The notes under the pieces: generated by a model
The model's input: the letters and a program-made list of their open reading frames with translations, nothing else
The model's database searches: none
Told to the model about the DNA's origin: nothing
Shown: in pieces, positions 41,756 to 55,279 of the stretch
How the letters are laid out: every line of letters starts with the position of its first letter
Numbering within the stretch: position 1 is the first letter of the stretch
Origin: Convolutriloba macropyga
Lineage: Eukaryota
Length of the DNA stretch: 64,000 nt
Direction: 5' to 3'
NCBI RefSeq assembly: GCF_964194025.1
Contig: NC_134481.1
Location: forward strand, 23,622,001-23,686,000
Program-made: the position numbers and the translations under genes

Positions 41756-42315
41756 AGATAGTTGAGACTAGGAAGATACGAAAATCCTGATAACACTTTC
41801 TTGGCAGTTGATAAGAGTTAGTTCAGTTTTGTGTATGTGTAAGAGTTACATTGAGCACTGCAGTGTGTGTGTGTATTCATTTGATGTGTTCAGTTTGTAC
41901 GTTTAACCCTGAGATGCATGTGAAACTGGGTTACATTCAGTTTGTATCTTTGAGTTTAGTGTTGTCTTCGGATCTGATTTTTGGCATGTATAGTTCAATG
42001 CCCGTTTCTATGTGGCAATTAACCAGTGTGTACATGTTTTTCTTAAGCGTGTGTTTATTTTTGCACGTGTGTTGCATGTTTTACATTAAATCAATTTCAG
42101 ATAAGTGATCAATAGTTCAGCAAGTACAGAAACGGTTTACAAAGTAAACGACATTTTTCCTTTTGCAAGAGAGAAATTCGAGCGAATTGGAATTCGACCT
42201 TTGCCAAGAGAACGGAAATTGGTGTTTGAAGACCAGTTTCCTTCAACACCTTTCCACATGCGTGGAGAAGCTGCTGAACGCATTTACAGTTGGAGCGATG
42301 ATTTACTATGAAAGT
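41756..42315. repeat. 560-bp direct repeat flanking the LINE (partner 45744-46304; third copy 48110-48661)
   Basis: agatagttgagactagg...ctatgaaagt on both sides of the LINE, ~97% identical by eye. Confidence 0.93.
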
Positions 42316-45300
42316 AGAAGAAGAATTTATTTCTCTGATACAAAATAATAATACTAGCAACACAAAGTCTAATATATATTTAGCACAGAGAGGACAGCAG
42401 ACGGAACCAATTAGTTCACTTGAAGCTGCCCTAATCCAATAACGTTATATTACAGAAAATGAATAATAGTCAACTAAGTCCATTTAAGTATCCCAATCTC
42501 ACCAAAGCAAGTAAAAAAAAACGAAACAAAAAAAGAGTAACTTAAAAAAATTGAAATTGTTTTGCATTTTAGCTACCTAACTGATGTAGAGCATACTGAG
42601 AGGCTTTGAAAAGTGATGCATGATTTGTTTGAGGGAAGGTGTACGTTACACTGATCAAGGTTAGGTTCTGACACCCAAGTGCCAAGATTCCAAAACCCAA
42701 GATCTATGTAACGTTGACAGACTTCCTCACCCTGCAACGAACAACCCGCACCACTTTTGTGGCCAGGAATTCTCAGAAGTTCGTTAGGAGGAAGTCTGAC
42801 TGCTCTATTCACTATACTATACTAACTATCCAAACACAAAGTCAGTTAAGTCTATATTGCCTAGAATATATAGATCCCTTATACTATGAACAATTTTGGA
42901 AAAAAATGCATTATCTATCTCAAGAGGTGTTTCAAGAACACCATTTTCAATCAGCAAGTTGAACAATTTAGCTCCTCTATAGGCTAACGAACATTTTTCA
43001 GACCTATTTGACTTGGAAGGCAATTTTAGATTTTTTTGAGCACTGCGCGTTAAACGGGGGTTTTCTTTATATTGAAACAGGTTATTCATATATTCCTCCG
43101 AATGCAATTTTCCAGCAGAACGAAGAACACATTTCAGAAGCTCATATATGTACAGTTCATAGACCGAAAGAATTTTATTCTGGACAAAAAGATTACCAAC
43201 ATGCTCGTCATTTTTCAAGAAATAGATTGTACGCAAAATTTTCTTTTGAAGAATATGAAAAGGCTTTAATGCATTCAGCGATGTACATCGATAAACTAAA
43301 ATTCCATACTGAATTATGGGTTTAATCTTTGTATCATAAAACCTCAGCAAGAAAACTCTAGGAACAAAGTGCCTTAGCTTGCACAAAATTCCACACTGAA
43401 CACTAAGTTTTTTACGAACTATTTCGATATGGTAATTGTACTTAAGTTGATTGTCCAAAACAATTCCTAAGTACTTGCAGTGCGATTGGGAAACGACACG
43501 ATCCAGCTATGTTTAGATAACTAGACTCTGGAGTCACATTTTTGAAATTAACATGCACCGTTTTCTCTAAATTCAGTGTTAATTTGTTATTTAACAGCCA
43601 AGTGTTTACACTAGCTAGATCCACTTCCAGCTCATTTTTGGAGCAGTTAATGCCCGGAATGTTAGTATCGTCAGCAAACAGAAACACGTCACTGCTATTA
43701 CATGCCTTAGGGAGGTCGTTTATATAAATGATGAACAACAAAGGGCCTAGAATTGAACCTTGAGGAACGCCTTATTTTATATCAGACAGCTTAGATCTTA
43801 CACCATTTACTTCAACACACTGTTTACGATTGATTAGAAAACTTTTCATCCAATTTTTACAAGGACCCACTAAGCCATAAAGATCAAACTTTCTGAGTAA
43901 GATTTCATGGTCAATTGTATCAAAAGCTTTCTTTAGATCAATGAAGACAGTTGCCGTTGTTTTTCTATCATTATGTGCTCTTACTTTTTCCGTAAATTCA
44001 GCTATGGCATCAATAGTACAATGCTTGCGCCTAAAACCAAACTGATTCTTGTGTAAGAGATTGTTGCTTTCAAGATAATTATAGATCCTGGAGTAAGCTA
44101 TTTTTTCAAAGATTTTGCCCCAAAATATTAAAAGAGATGGGCCTGTAGTCATTACAGCAAGCTTAATTTCCTGATTTGAAAAGGAGAAAAACTTTTGCGA
44201 TGGACAAGGCAGTAGCGAAAATACCCGGATGGAATGACATATTAACTAGTTTTGATAGATAGGGAGCCACTACGTCTTTACAAGCCTTTATTACTTTGGA
44301 ACATACGTCGTTTAAACCACAAGAAGTTTTATTTGATAGGTTATCAATGACATCAGATATCTCCTTTACATTGGTATCATAGAACTAGATTGAAAAATAA
44401 GTGTGCATTGCTATTTGAGGGAATTTGAACACATGAAATGACGAGTTTGTCTCCCACAGAAGAGAAAAAAGAGTTCATTTGCGCTATATCAAATGGTAAA
44501 TTGTTAATTGTCCCAACTCTGTTTCCAACATAGGTATTTGATCTGACTTTTCATTTTTGCCCTGAAGATCATTTAATATTTTGAAAACTTTCCTCGAGTC
44601 ACCCAGACATTTTTCAAATTTCTTAAAATAGTAATTACGCTTGCATCTTCTGCTCTCTTTTTCAACTTGTTATCTCAAAAGTAGAAATTTCTTAGTATTA
44701 AAGTATTAAAGAAAGCTGATCAGTTTTTGTTTTCGGCAAGTTTTTATTTAATTGCTAAAACGATAGATTATCAAAGCAGAATTGTACATCCTGTAATTCG
44801 TATCCCAGCTCAATACCTCCTTCATACAGTTGACGAACACAATGTACTTTATTATTGTCCTTCCATTTGTAGAACAAATTTCCCTCTCTTGTCCATGTCG
44901 ATTCTATTCTTGTGTCGCTTTTCATCAAATTGTGGATGCTTAGTCTGGCTCTTGTTAAGTCTTCAACAATCGAAACGTTCATGGTTGTGTCATTTTCTCT
45001 CAGCTTTCTCTTGTTTCTTAAAATTTCAACTTTGCTTACTCTTCTGGTGAAACGAACGATAATGGGTCTTTCGTTCTTATTGGATGGAAGACGATGAGCA
45101 ATCGAGATGTCTTTTTATCCAATGGTACTCCAATATCGGATGCCAGCTCCACTACGTTGCTTATTGTTCTATCGCTAGACTCCCAAATCGTGCGATTATT
45201 TGCATCAGTTGTTATGAGACATTCCCATTATTTGCAAATCGTCTCGCCTATTGTAGTTCTCCACCATTTCTGTTTCTGATAACATCTTCAATGTCAGCTC

Positions 45301-45743
45301 ATCTTTTTGATATTTCATTTGCTCTCGAATGGAATCTGTTGCTGAATAAATTTCTGATTTTACTTCATTTAAAATTTCCTCCTTTGTACCATTTAAAACT
45401 TTTTCAATCATTTCTTCGATAGCCTGCTGTACTGAACACTTCACCTCATCAATAATTTTGGGAATAATTTTTGCTACTGCTTCATCAATGAGACTTGATA
45501 CGTCCAGATCACCGTTTTCGTTTAATGGGCTCAATTCACTTCTAGTTCTCTTCTTTTCAGATTTACCGACTGGTGTTTGCAGCGGTGATTGATCATGGAA
45601 TCTAAGTTGAGGCATATTCACGTCTACTGAGTCATCTAAACGCTCTTCTTGAAAGTTTTCATGTTTTTTGGCAGGGTTATTTAGCATGCCTCGCTGGCTC
45701 ATCTCTGAAACTATTTAATAAGTATATCACAACAATTAGGCTT
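42316..45743 (-). mobile_element. CR1/L2-group LINE, near full length, endonuclease region deleted
   Basis: ORF1 45702-44755 (coiled coil; NYNRRDDLQIMG; AHRL...PIIVRF...EDLT); RT FIDLKKAFDT, GVPQGSILGPLLFIIYINDL, LFADDT; ORF2 ends at 42826; 3' AATAAA plus (TTC)n tail. Confidence 0.93.
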
Positions 45744-46096
45744 AGATAGTTGAGACTAGGAAGATACGAAAATCCTGATAACACTTTCTTGGCAATTGAT
45801 AAGAGTTAGTTCGGTTTTGTGTATGTGTAAGAGTTAAATTGAGCACTGCAGTGTGTGTGTGTGTATTTATTTGATGTGTTCAGTTTGTACGTTTAACCCT
45901 GAGATGCATGTGAAACTGAGTTACATTCAGTTTGTATCTTTGAGCTTAGTGTTGTCTTCGGATCTGATTTTTGCATGTATAGTTCAATGCCCGTTTCTAT
46001 GTGGCAATTAACGAGTGTGTACATGTTTTTCTTAAGCGTGTGTTTATTTTTGCACGTGTGTTGCATGTTTTACATTAAATCAATTTCAGATAAGTG

Positions 46097-46701
46097 ATCA
46101 ATAGTTCAGCAAGTACAGAAACGGTTTACAAAGTAAACGACATTTTTCCTTTTGCAAGAGAGAAATTCGAGCGAATTGGAATTCGACCTTTGCCAAGAAA
46201 ACGGAAATTGGTGTTTGAAGACCAGTTTCCTTCAACACCATTCCACATGCGTGGAGAAGCTGCTGAACGCAATTACAGTTGGAGCGATGATTTACTATGA
46301 AAGTTGAACGAAGGATTTGTCAATGCAGAGCAATTTGTAAACGAATGACAGGCAATAGGAGTTGTGAACACAGAAGGCTCAAGGATCGCTGGCGCCTCTG
46401 AAGAATTCAAGACTTCGAAAGCTAATTCTTTTGAATTTCCTCGGACAGGTCTGACTTTTCAACCCAAATCCTTGTAGCAGATCACTAGCGCAGGTGGGGG
46501 CGGTGGGGAGTCTTTAGCGAAGCTCTTCTCGGGGTCAAAGTTGTGAGGGATTACAGAAGATCTACCCACTGCTTGCAGTCTAAGTTGGACTGGTTTCCTG
46601 AGATCTGCGAGTTCATTCTTATGAGCGACGAAGCAGGAAGAAGAAACCAGCGGATTACCAGATCCAGGGCAGACTCTTATCACCTTGGCCGCCTGTGACA
46701 T
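46097..46701 (-). pseudogene. Degraded accessory ORF of the env-bearing element (duplicate 48454-49058)
   Basis: ATG MSQAAKVIRVCPG preceded by T-tract and ctcactcag acceptor-like site; continues through stops and a frameshift to ...LLCKPFLYLLNY*. Confidence 0.4.
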
Positions 46702-46730
46702 TTTGATTCAACTGAGTGAGAAATTCAAAA

Positions 46731-47211
46731 GATACCCGGCAGATTACCGGGAAATAGCCGCCGTTGATTCCAATAAGCATGATTGGGATTGAACGAATAG
46801 AAGATATTGCAAAAAAAAGATTTTTGTACAAAAAAAATTTTTTAAGTCCGATTTATTTTGATGGCATTTCGTAGTTGAACATACGTCTGTTTCTTAGAGA
46901 GAGGCTACAGGGGCTACTATCAACACCAATAAGCATAAGAGATGGTAACTAAGACTTATAGGAACGACGTTCAAATAGTGGGCATCTAAAATTGGGCTTT
47001 ATGGGTTTATCCCGTTTCTATTTCTGACTTCAATTTTTTATACTGACTCTGTTCATTTTGAATTGCTTTGCCGAGCAACTGATGTTCAAATTCACTTTTA
47101 GCAGAATGAGAGAAGAGAGAAACTAGCCCAGAGAAGTCAGAAAGATTTCACGCAAAATGTCGAAAAAGCGGCAAAATGGTAAAGCGAAAAAATGTTCGAC
47201 GAAGTAAAAAA
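46731..47211 (-). mobile_element. HINE F1 copy, truncated by an F3 insertion and the duplication junction
   Basis: Aligns with 28992-29475. Confidence 0.8.
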
Positions 47212-49087
47212 CATAGCAGGACAAGTCCTGGCGTACAACAAATTTCCCTCTCTTGTCCATGTCGATTCTATTCTTGTGTCGCTTTTCATCAAATTGTGGA
47301 TGCTTAGTCTGGCTCTTGTTAAGTCTTCAACAATCGAAACGTTCATGGTTGTGTCATTTTCTCTCAGCTTTCTCTTGTTTCTTAAAATTTCAACTTTGCT
47401 TACTCTTCTGGTGAAACGAACGATAATGGGTCTTTCGTTCTTATTGGATGGAAGACGATGAGCAATCGAGATGTCTTTTTTATCCAATGGTACTCCAATA
47501 TCGGATGCCAGCTCCACTACGTTGCTTATTGTTCTATCGCTAGACTCCCAAATCGTGCGATTATTTGCATCAGTTGTTATGCAGACATTCCCATTATTTG
47601 CAAATCGTCTCGCCTATTGTAGTTCTCCACCATTTCTGTTTCTGATAACATCTTCAATGTCAGCTCATCTTTTTGATATTTCATTTGCTCTCGAATGGAA
47701 TCTGTTGCTGAATAAATTTCTGATTTTACTTCATTTAAAATTTCCTCCTTTGTACCATTTAAAACTTTTTCAATCATTTCTTCGATAGCCTGCTGTACTG
47801 AACACTTCACCTCATCAATAATTTTGGGAATAATTTTTGCTACTGCTTCATCAATGAGACTTGATACGTCCAGATCACCGTTTTCGTTTAATGGGCTCAA
47901 TTCACTTCTAGTTCTCTTCTTTTCAGATTTACCGACTGGTGTTTGCAGCGGTGATTGATCATGGAATCTAAGTTGAGGCATATTCACGTCTACTGAGTCA
48001 TCTAAACGCTCTTCTTGAAAGTTTTCATGTTTTTTGGCAGGGTTATTTAGCATGCCTCGCTGGCTCATCTCTGAAACTATTTAATAAGTATATCACAACA
48101 ATTAGGCTTAGATAGTTGAGACTAGGAAGATACGAAAATCCTGATAACACTTTCTTGGCAATTGATAAGAGTTAGTTCGGTTTTGTGTATGTGTAAATTG
48201 AGCACTGCAGTGTGTGTGTGTATTCATTTGATGTGTTCAGTTTGTACGTTTAACCCTGAGATGCATGTGAAACTGAGTTACATTCAGTTTGTATCTTTGA
48301 GCTTAGTGTTGTCTTCGGATCTGATTTTTGCATGTATAGTTCAATGCCCGTTTCTATGTGGCAATTAACCAGTGTGTACATGTTTTTCTTAAGCGTGTGT
48401 TTATTTTTGCACGTGTGTTGCATGTTTTACATTAAATCAATTTCAGATAAGTGATCAATAGTTCAGCAAGTACAGAAACGGTTTACAAAGTAAACGACAT
48501 TTTTCCTTTTGCAAGAGAGAAATTCGAGCGAATTGGAATTCGACCTTTGCCAAGAAAACGGAAATTGGTGTTTGAAGACCAGTTTCCTTCAACACCATTC
48601 CACATGCGTGGAGAAGCTGCTGAACGCAATTACAGTTGGAGCGATGATTTACTATGAAAGTTGAACGAAGGATTTGTCAATGCAGAGCAATTTGTAAACG
48701 AATGACAGGCAATAGGAGTTGTGAACACAGAAGGCTCAAGGATCGCTGGCGCCTCTGAAGAATTCAAGACTTCGAAAGCTAATTCTTTTGAATTTCCTCG
48801 GACAGGTCTGACTTTTCAACCCAAATCCTTGTAGCAGATCACTAGCGCAGGTGGGGGCGGTGGGGAGTCTTTAGCGAAGCTCTTCTCGGGGTCAAAGTTG
48901 TGAGTGATTACAGAAGATCTACCCACTGCTTGCAGTCTAAGTTGGACTGGTTTCCTGAGATCTGCGAGTTCATTCTTATGAGCGACGAAGCAGGAAGAAG
49001 AAACCAGCGGATTACCAGATCCAGGGCAGACTCTTATCACCTTGGCCGCCTGTGACATTTTGATTCAACTGAGTGAGAAATTCAAAA

Positions 49088-50170
49088 GATACCCGGCAGA
49101 TTACCGGGAAATAGCCGCCGTTGATTCCAATAAGCATGATTGGGATTGAACGAATAGAAGATATTGCAAAAAAAAGATTTTTGTACAAAAAAAATTTTTT
49201 AAGTCCGATTTATTTTGATGGCATTTCGTAGTTGAACATACGTCTGTTTCTTAGAGAGAGGCTACAGGGGCTACTATCAACACCAATAAGCATAAGAGAT
49301 GGTAACTAAGACTTATAGGAACGACGTTCAAATAGTGGGCATCTAAAATTGGGCTTTATGGGTTTATCCCGTTTCTATTTCTGACTTCAATTTTTTATAC
49401 TGACTCTGTTCATTTTGAATTGCTTTGCCGAGCAACTGATGTTCAAATTCACTTTTAGCAGAATGAGAGAAGAGAGAAACTAGCCCAGAGAAGTCAGAAA
49501 GATTTCACGCAAAATGTCGAAAAAGCGGCAAAATGGTAAAGCGAAAAAAAGTTCGACGAAGTAAAAAACATAGCAGGACAAGTCCTGGCGTACAATTCGA
49601 AGAATTTTTATTGACTTAACAAACAACTAGACCTAGAACGGACAATGAGTGAATTGGGAAAACCATTTCTAAAAAAATCAGATGAAAACAACAAAAACAC
49701 AGAAAATCAATGTCAAAATGCTGCTAGGGAGAACAAAAAAAGACTAGTGAGATATGTAATTTTGATTCTAACAAAAAACTAGGTCCAGAATGAACTGTGA
49801 ATGGATTGGAAAAACTATTTAGAAAAAAATTCGATCCAAAAAATTGAAAAAACAGTAAAAATCAGTGAAATTGCCTTATGTGAACAAAAAACCACTACCG
49901 AGAAACCGAATTTTTGTTCAAACACCGTTTTCTCTCTACTTTAAAATTAGAGCGACAAAAATTCACGCCGCACAACCACTCGCTTTTTCGCTCCATTTCC
50001 TGTTTCGGCGTGACCAAAATCACTACTCCAATTTGACTTCAAAAATCATGAAAATGTGTGAACAGATCTTAAAAAAAAGACAGCGCCCCAATACAATTCA
50101 AATTCTTTGAATTGTAAAAAAAAATATAGGAGCGCAATAATAGCCGGCTGAGAAGATGAGGGCGGCTATT
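49088..50170 (-). mobile_element. HINE F1 copy with complete F3 element nested at 49569-50116
   Basis: Removing 49569-50116 restores gacgaagt-An-taggagcgc..aatagccggctgagaagatgagggcggctatt as at 29465-29524. Confidence 0.85.
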
Positions 50171-50559
50171 AAAAAGAAGCCTCATAACTTTAGTACAGAT
50201 CATTGGCTATCGAATGGTACCTTTCTCCCGACCCAGAGGTTTCAAAATAACATCCAGGAATTTGAGTTTATTTTGGGGGTAGTTTTGACATGATTGTCAC
50301 TTGTGTTCTGGGTTCAGTAAATCGGAAACTGCCAATAGCAAAGCGTTCAAATTTAGAGCAAATTGTCAGCACGAGTAGGAAAACATTTTTTATCAGAGGT
50401 TTGGGGTCAATTTTTTCTTGGTGGAGTTATCACCGCTTTTCTGCGAATTTTTTCGCATTTTTGGAAACTAATTTTCCAAATTAAGTTCACATTCTTTTGA
50501 CATATAAGCACTGGTAGGCTTAAACTATGTTCCTTTCTGCTCAACTTATTCTTGTTTAG

Positions 50560-51740
50560 AACTGCAAGTAGTTTCAGAAGACTGGGACCAGTGGAACATA
50601 TCTTTTTTCAGCTACGAAAAACAGTAATTATTTCTCGAAATCTACTATTCTTCTTTGCTAGTTCTGATCCTCCACCTAAGTGATAGTTCTGGGGCGCTAC
50701 TCAATGTTTTGGGAGGTCTAGAAGTTCGTTTTTTACGTCTGGTGATTTGCGTTCTTTTTTACGGGTGCTTGTTGTTTGTTGCATAAATTGGGGCGAATCG
50801 GTGTTTTCCTGGTATTCCCACAAATTGGCTCTCACTTGGTCCAATTTTGTTTCCCTGCTTGAGCGTGGATCAGCTTGTGTTCGTCAGACTGTACTTTAAT
50901 AATTGATATTTTATTCTTCTTGACTAATCTGTGTTCACCATGCTCGATACAGGCGTATTGGGCGCTGCTTCTGGCTGCCACGACGCCGCGTAGGTACAGG
51001 AAAAATTCTTTGCTTCACTCGTGTCGACATGTGTTGAATACGTGCTTGGGTCAGAACTGTCTTCATTGTTCCATCTCCCTGGTTTATTTGCCATAGTGCA
51101 ATTGGTTAGTTCTGACGAGGGCGAATGATGAGGTCGTGGGGGTGATGACGTTCTAATGCATTGTTGGCGTTTTCGCCGTCAGCTTCGACCGATCTTGGGG
51201 AGAAATGGCACCGGAGCTAGTTGCGGTACTGGTGGCAATGTCTGTACAGTCAAATGAGCTGGTGAGTGTGGAAGTTGCGGTAAAGCAGGTGCTCTCGTCG
51301 TACGTGGAATCAGACGTATTCACTTTGGAGAAGATTTTTCTGTGGGTTTTTTTCTCTGTTCCGAAAGAAGACTTTGCAAGTAACTGTCGAACAAATCGGG
51401 CTCTCGCTTGTCATCTCAAGTTTTATTTGAACACAAGTCCTTTGATCTCACTATCCAGTGATGACATTCGGCTTGTTTATGAGTCTTAGAATCCACAGGT
51501 TTTCAACTGGGTTATGAAAGCTTTATTACTGATCATTGTCAAAAAAATCGTCTATTGTTGCTATCGAATTCAGTTCAGTATTCGGAATTTTTGCCTCAGT
51601 ATCAATTTCTATATCAGTGACTGGTATCTCCTCGTTCAACTTCCGTGACACAGTTTCTGATCTGTCGGTCTGAACTCTCGACAGAAAGTCTGCAGCATAG
51701 TTTGCTTTACCAGGTCTGTGTGCGATAACCAAGTTGAACG
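50560..51740 (-). pseudogene. Gypsy pol remnant (RNaseH end fused to a post-integrase-like low-complexity tail)
   Basis: FNLVIAHRPGKANYAADFLSR is the canonical end of gypsy RNaseH; the rest is a degraded S/T/P-rich frame. Confidence 0.65.
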
Positions 51741-52880
51741 TCAGACCTGTCTAAACAGTTCCAAAGAAACTTCTCTTCGAAACTGACATGGATTTTTGTG
51801 TGGGGAATAGTTAGCAAAACTGTTAAGTTGAGACAAAGAATTACTGAATCGGGCTACTCTATTAAAGTAATTATCTTCAGAACGTTTCCGAAATCTTTTT
51901 CTCGCTTCAATAAAAAACTTTTCACTTGATCTGATCTTTGGACAACCAAAAGTTATTGACCAGTGGTCTGACGCATTCATAGAAGTTAAGCCCACCAAAA
52001 TCTTGTTAAGCAGAATTAGGTCGTTAAGAACTAGGAAATAACCGACTGGCAATAAGCTATTTCGAATTAGGCTCTCAACGTATTCTTTGTCACCCAGAAC
52101 AGAACGGCAAGTTATCCATTTTAAACATGATCTCTGCAGTCTTTCCAAGTGTTGAAGATACTGTGGTACTGGGTTCCAGACATTTGACGCATAAAAGACC
52201 GCAGAGAATATATATGTTTTCACCAACGTGCATTTGACAGTTTCTTTTGTGGTGCGGGGTATAACTCTTCTTAAATGATTCAGTTTTTGAAAACCTTTCT
52301 TTACCGCCATTTCGAGGTGACAATTCAAAGTCATGCTGGCCGTAAAAATTAATCCGAGATCTTTAATTTGTTTTTCGTTTTTGATGGCAATTCCTTTTGC
52401 AAATAACTCTGTAGACGAATTATATGTATTTTTGTATGAGAACTCGAGAATGCTGAATTTGTCAAAATTGAAATTTAGTTTGTTTGAGCCAGCCCATTCG
52501 ATAGCTCTATTTATATCAAACTGAAGTTCTTCACGTTCTGAAATCTGTCCTATTATCGTATCATCGGCATAAAGGAATGTTTTATTATTAAGTTGATCAG
52601 GTAGGTCATTTATGTACATGGAGAACAAAAACACAGCAAATATTGATCCCTGGGGATTTTGAGAAAGTCGAGTAACTGTCTGCAATTTTTACTCTCTGCT
52701 GTCGATCAACCAGATATGAAACAAAAAATTTCAAAAACTTTTCATCAAACCCAAAACGAGCGAGCTTTTGAAGCACAATATTAAAATTAATCGTATCAAA
52801 AGCTTTAGCAATGTCCAAGTAAACTATTATCGGGGATGAACTTTCGTCTAAAGCTTGATAGTAGAATAGCTTTTTGATAG
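51741..52880 (-). mobile_element. Second LINE fragment (CR1/L2/Jockey-group RT), truncated at both ends
   Basis: YLDIAKAFDT...RQQRVKI, PQGS...FSMYINDLP, LYADDT, KDLG, LERLQR. Confidence 0.92.
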
Positions 52881-55279
52881 ACAACTGTGCTAGGCTTCGG
52901 TTGTCCGTAGGTACGGCCAATGGGTGGTGGGATTCCCAAATGAAACCTTTAAAATGTTCAAATACAAAGTAGTGCTAAGAACTCTTTGTAATAGATCGTG
53001 TTTCAGTTGTGAATGCGTGACTACCAAACGAGACCGAACAAGCGTGACTAGTTATTTACTTCATTGGAGTCATATGTGTCGTCTTCAATCACAAAAACAA
53101 ATTCTGATGCTTCGTAGCTGGCGTCGCAAAGCAAAATATACTTCTGGCCTGATGTTGACGTAGAGTTGACGAAACAGTACGATTTACCAAACAAAGAATC
53201 TCTACCTTGAAAGCTCTAAACACAATAAGATCGAATACCCCTCGGCACTGAGAGCACACATGCCAAATAGCAAAAAGTAATCTACTCGACAATAAATTTG
53301 ATGATGTGCAGAAAACGCATCGAATAACTGTAAATATACAGGTCACAAAAAAAATTATTTGGCCTACTGGACAACTGAAAAAAAAACTATAAAGAAGATC
53401 ATGGGCAGATCGAAAACAAACCAGATGAAACTGCTTTCCTAAGTTGCAACTTTTCTCTTTCTTTGAAATGCGAAGCTACTGAGTGAACCTTTCCGAACCC
53501 ATACGATTGATAATGACTTGCCAAACTTTTTCTACAAAATTCTGCTCGTCACAAATGAACTAACCTTTGTGATCGAGCTAAATTTTTAGTTACATATGGG
53601 AACATTGCACAGAATGCTCAAGAACATTGAAGCTCATAAAGATCATTTTTTAAACAGAAACATCAGCTAACCTATCTCAGATCACATTGCTACTTGAGCA
53701 GCTACAACTTTGTGAGAAGTTTGACCATAAGTTAATTATGCTACGTTTCATGAACAACTAGAATGTCCTGGGAAATGTTATCCAAACTTTTTCTTATCTC
53801 CCAATTAATACAGTAACAACAAATTAACAACAAAAAATACAGTGACACATCTGAAACTTCCGGCACAAAAGTAACAAAGAAAACTTTGATTCCCGATGGT
53901 TTCACAAAAGCATTCCGGCATACTCAATAAATTATTATCAAAATCAAATTAGTGCTCTCTCAAATTTGACCCAATATCACACGTGCCAGCCACAAAACAA
54001 TTCATTTGCCCCCAATAGTGTTAAAAAAAGGACACAAAGTGGAAAAACGTACAGAAAATTTCAAATTTCACTTTTCTGTTTTAAGTGAGTATAACCAATA
54101 CAAATACCTGAAAAGCATAAATGAAAAATTTAACTTTCTTTAGACTTCTATGGACCGAGAACATCATTTAAAGACACATTTAAAAACTGCACATTACGGT
54201 AATCAAAATCATCAAAAAGTTTTAATCTTAAATTGGGGCATTCCTAACGGCTTCAGGACACCAAGCGCTCAAAAAAGGTTCCCTATTAAAAAAAATTACA
54301 TCTTAAAAAGCACCAACATAAAATTCAAAGAATGAAAAAAAACTAGGGAGCGCTCTAATAGCCAGCTCAAATGATGGCGGCTATTAACCAAGACTACTTT
54401 TAATTCAAGTTTCTAATCCAGTAGAAAAGAAAAAAAATGCGTTATGAAGAGAAAACAAAATGTGGGCATGGGGGCTTGGTTATTTTGTTCTGCATTTTTG
54501 CTAGAAAATGCGTTTCCTATTTCAAGTACAACATTGTCAAACGTTTATAAATTTTGATGAAATAAATAAACACATATTCACTTCAGTGTGGTTAACTCAT
54601 GATTCAAAGAACTCAAGAGAAAACCTCAAACTGACGACTTTGTCATCTAAACAAAATCACTTGCACTGATTTTTTAACTTCCATTATTCCATAACGCTGC
54701 AGTCTTGTGAAGTTATCTTGTGAAATTTTAATCCACTAAAAAGATGTCGAAGTTGGTTTTCGAACTACGGCTACAATTTAAAAAAGCTAGCAGGCTGTGT
54801 TAAAAAAAATAGCCACTGCTGACCTATTGAAACTATTGCCCGATTGATGTCCATTCCAATTGAAAAAAAAAATTAGAAGAAAGAGTAAAAAAGAGCATTG
54901 TTTCAACGTGACAAAATTGTTACAAATTGAGGTGCAAGTGAATTACCCAATTTTGCAAACTCGGCTTCCAAAACGCTATTAAGCTGAATACTATTATCAC
55001 TTTGTATTCACATTCATAGCCCAATACACTATGACCGATTTTATCCTATTCCTTCTGATTTTGCTCTTTTTACCTTGTCCATATCAAATATGTTCTAAAC
55101 TTACATTGAGAGCAGTGAAACGGTAATTGTGTAAAGAAAAACGTGAACAGAAGATAGTTCCATTCTTACATTTGCAGCTGCCTCCTTTTATTTCGAATTT
55201 CTTTGCAGGGCAACTGATGCTTCAAAGCATTCTGCACAGAATGAGCAACGAATGAAACTATCCTAAAAAACTCTAACAA

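Larger units (their letters stand above)
44873..49595. repeat. ~2.36-kb tandem duplication (44873-47238 / 47237-49595)
   Basis: Near-identical copies; junction gtcctggcgtac-aa-caaatttccctc with 2-bp microhomology. Confidence 0.95.

Noticed and set aside
52920-53345. 5' LTR/PBS of the env-bearing element
   Set aside because: No similarity to the 36830-37292 LTR, no partner repeat and no convincing PBS
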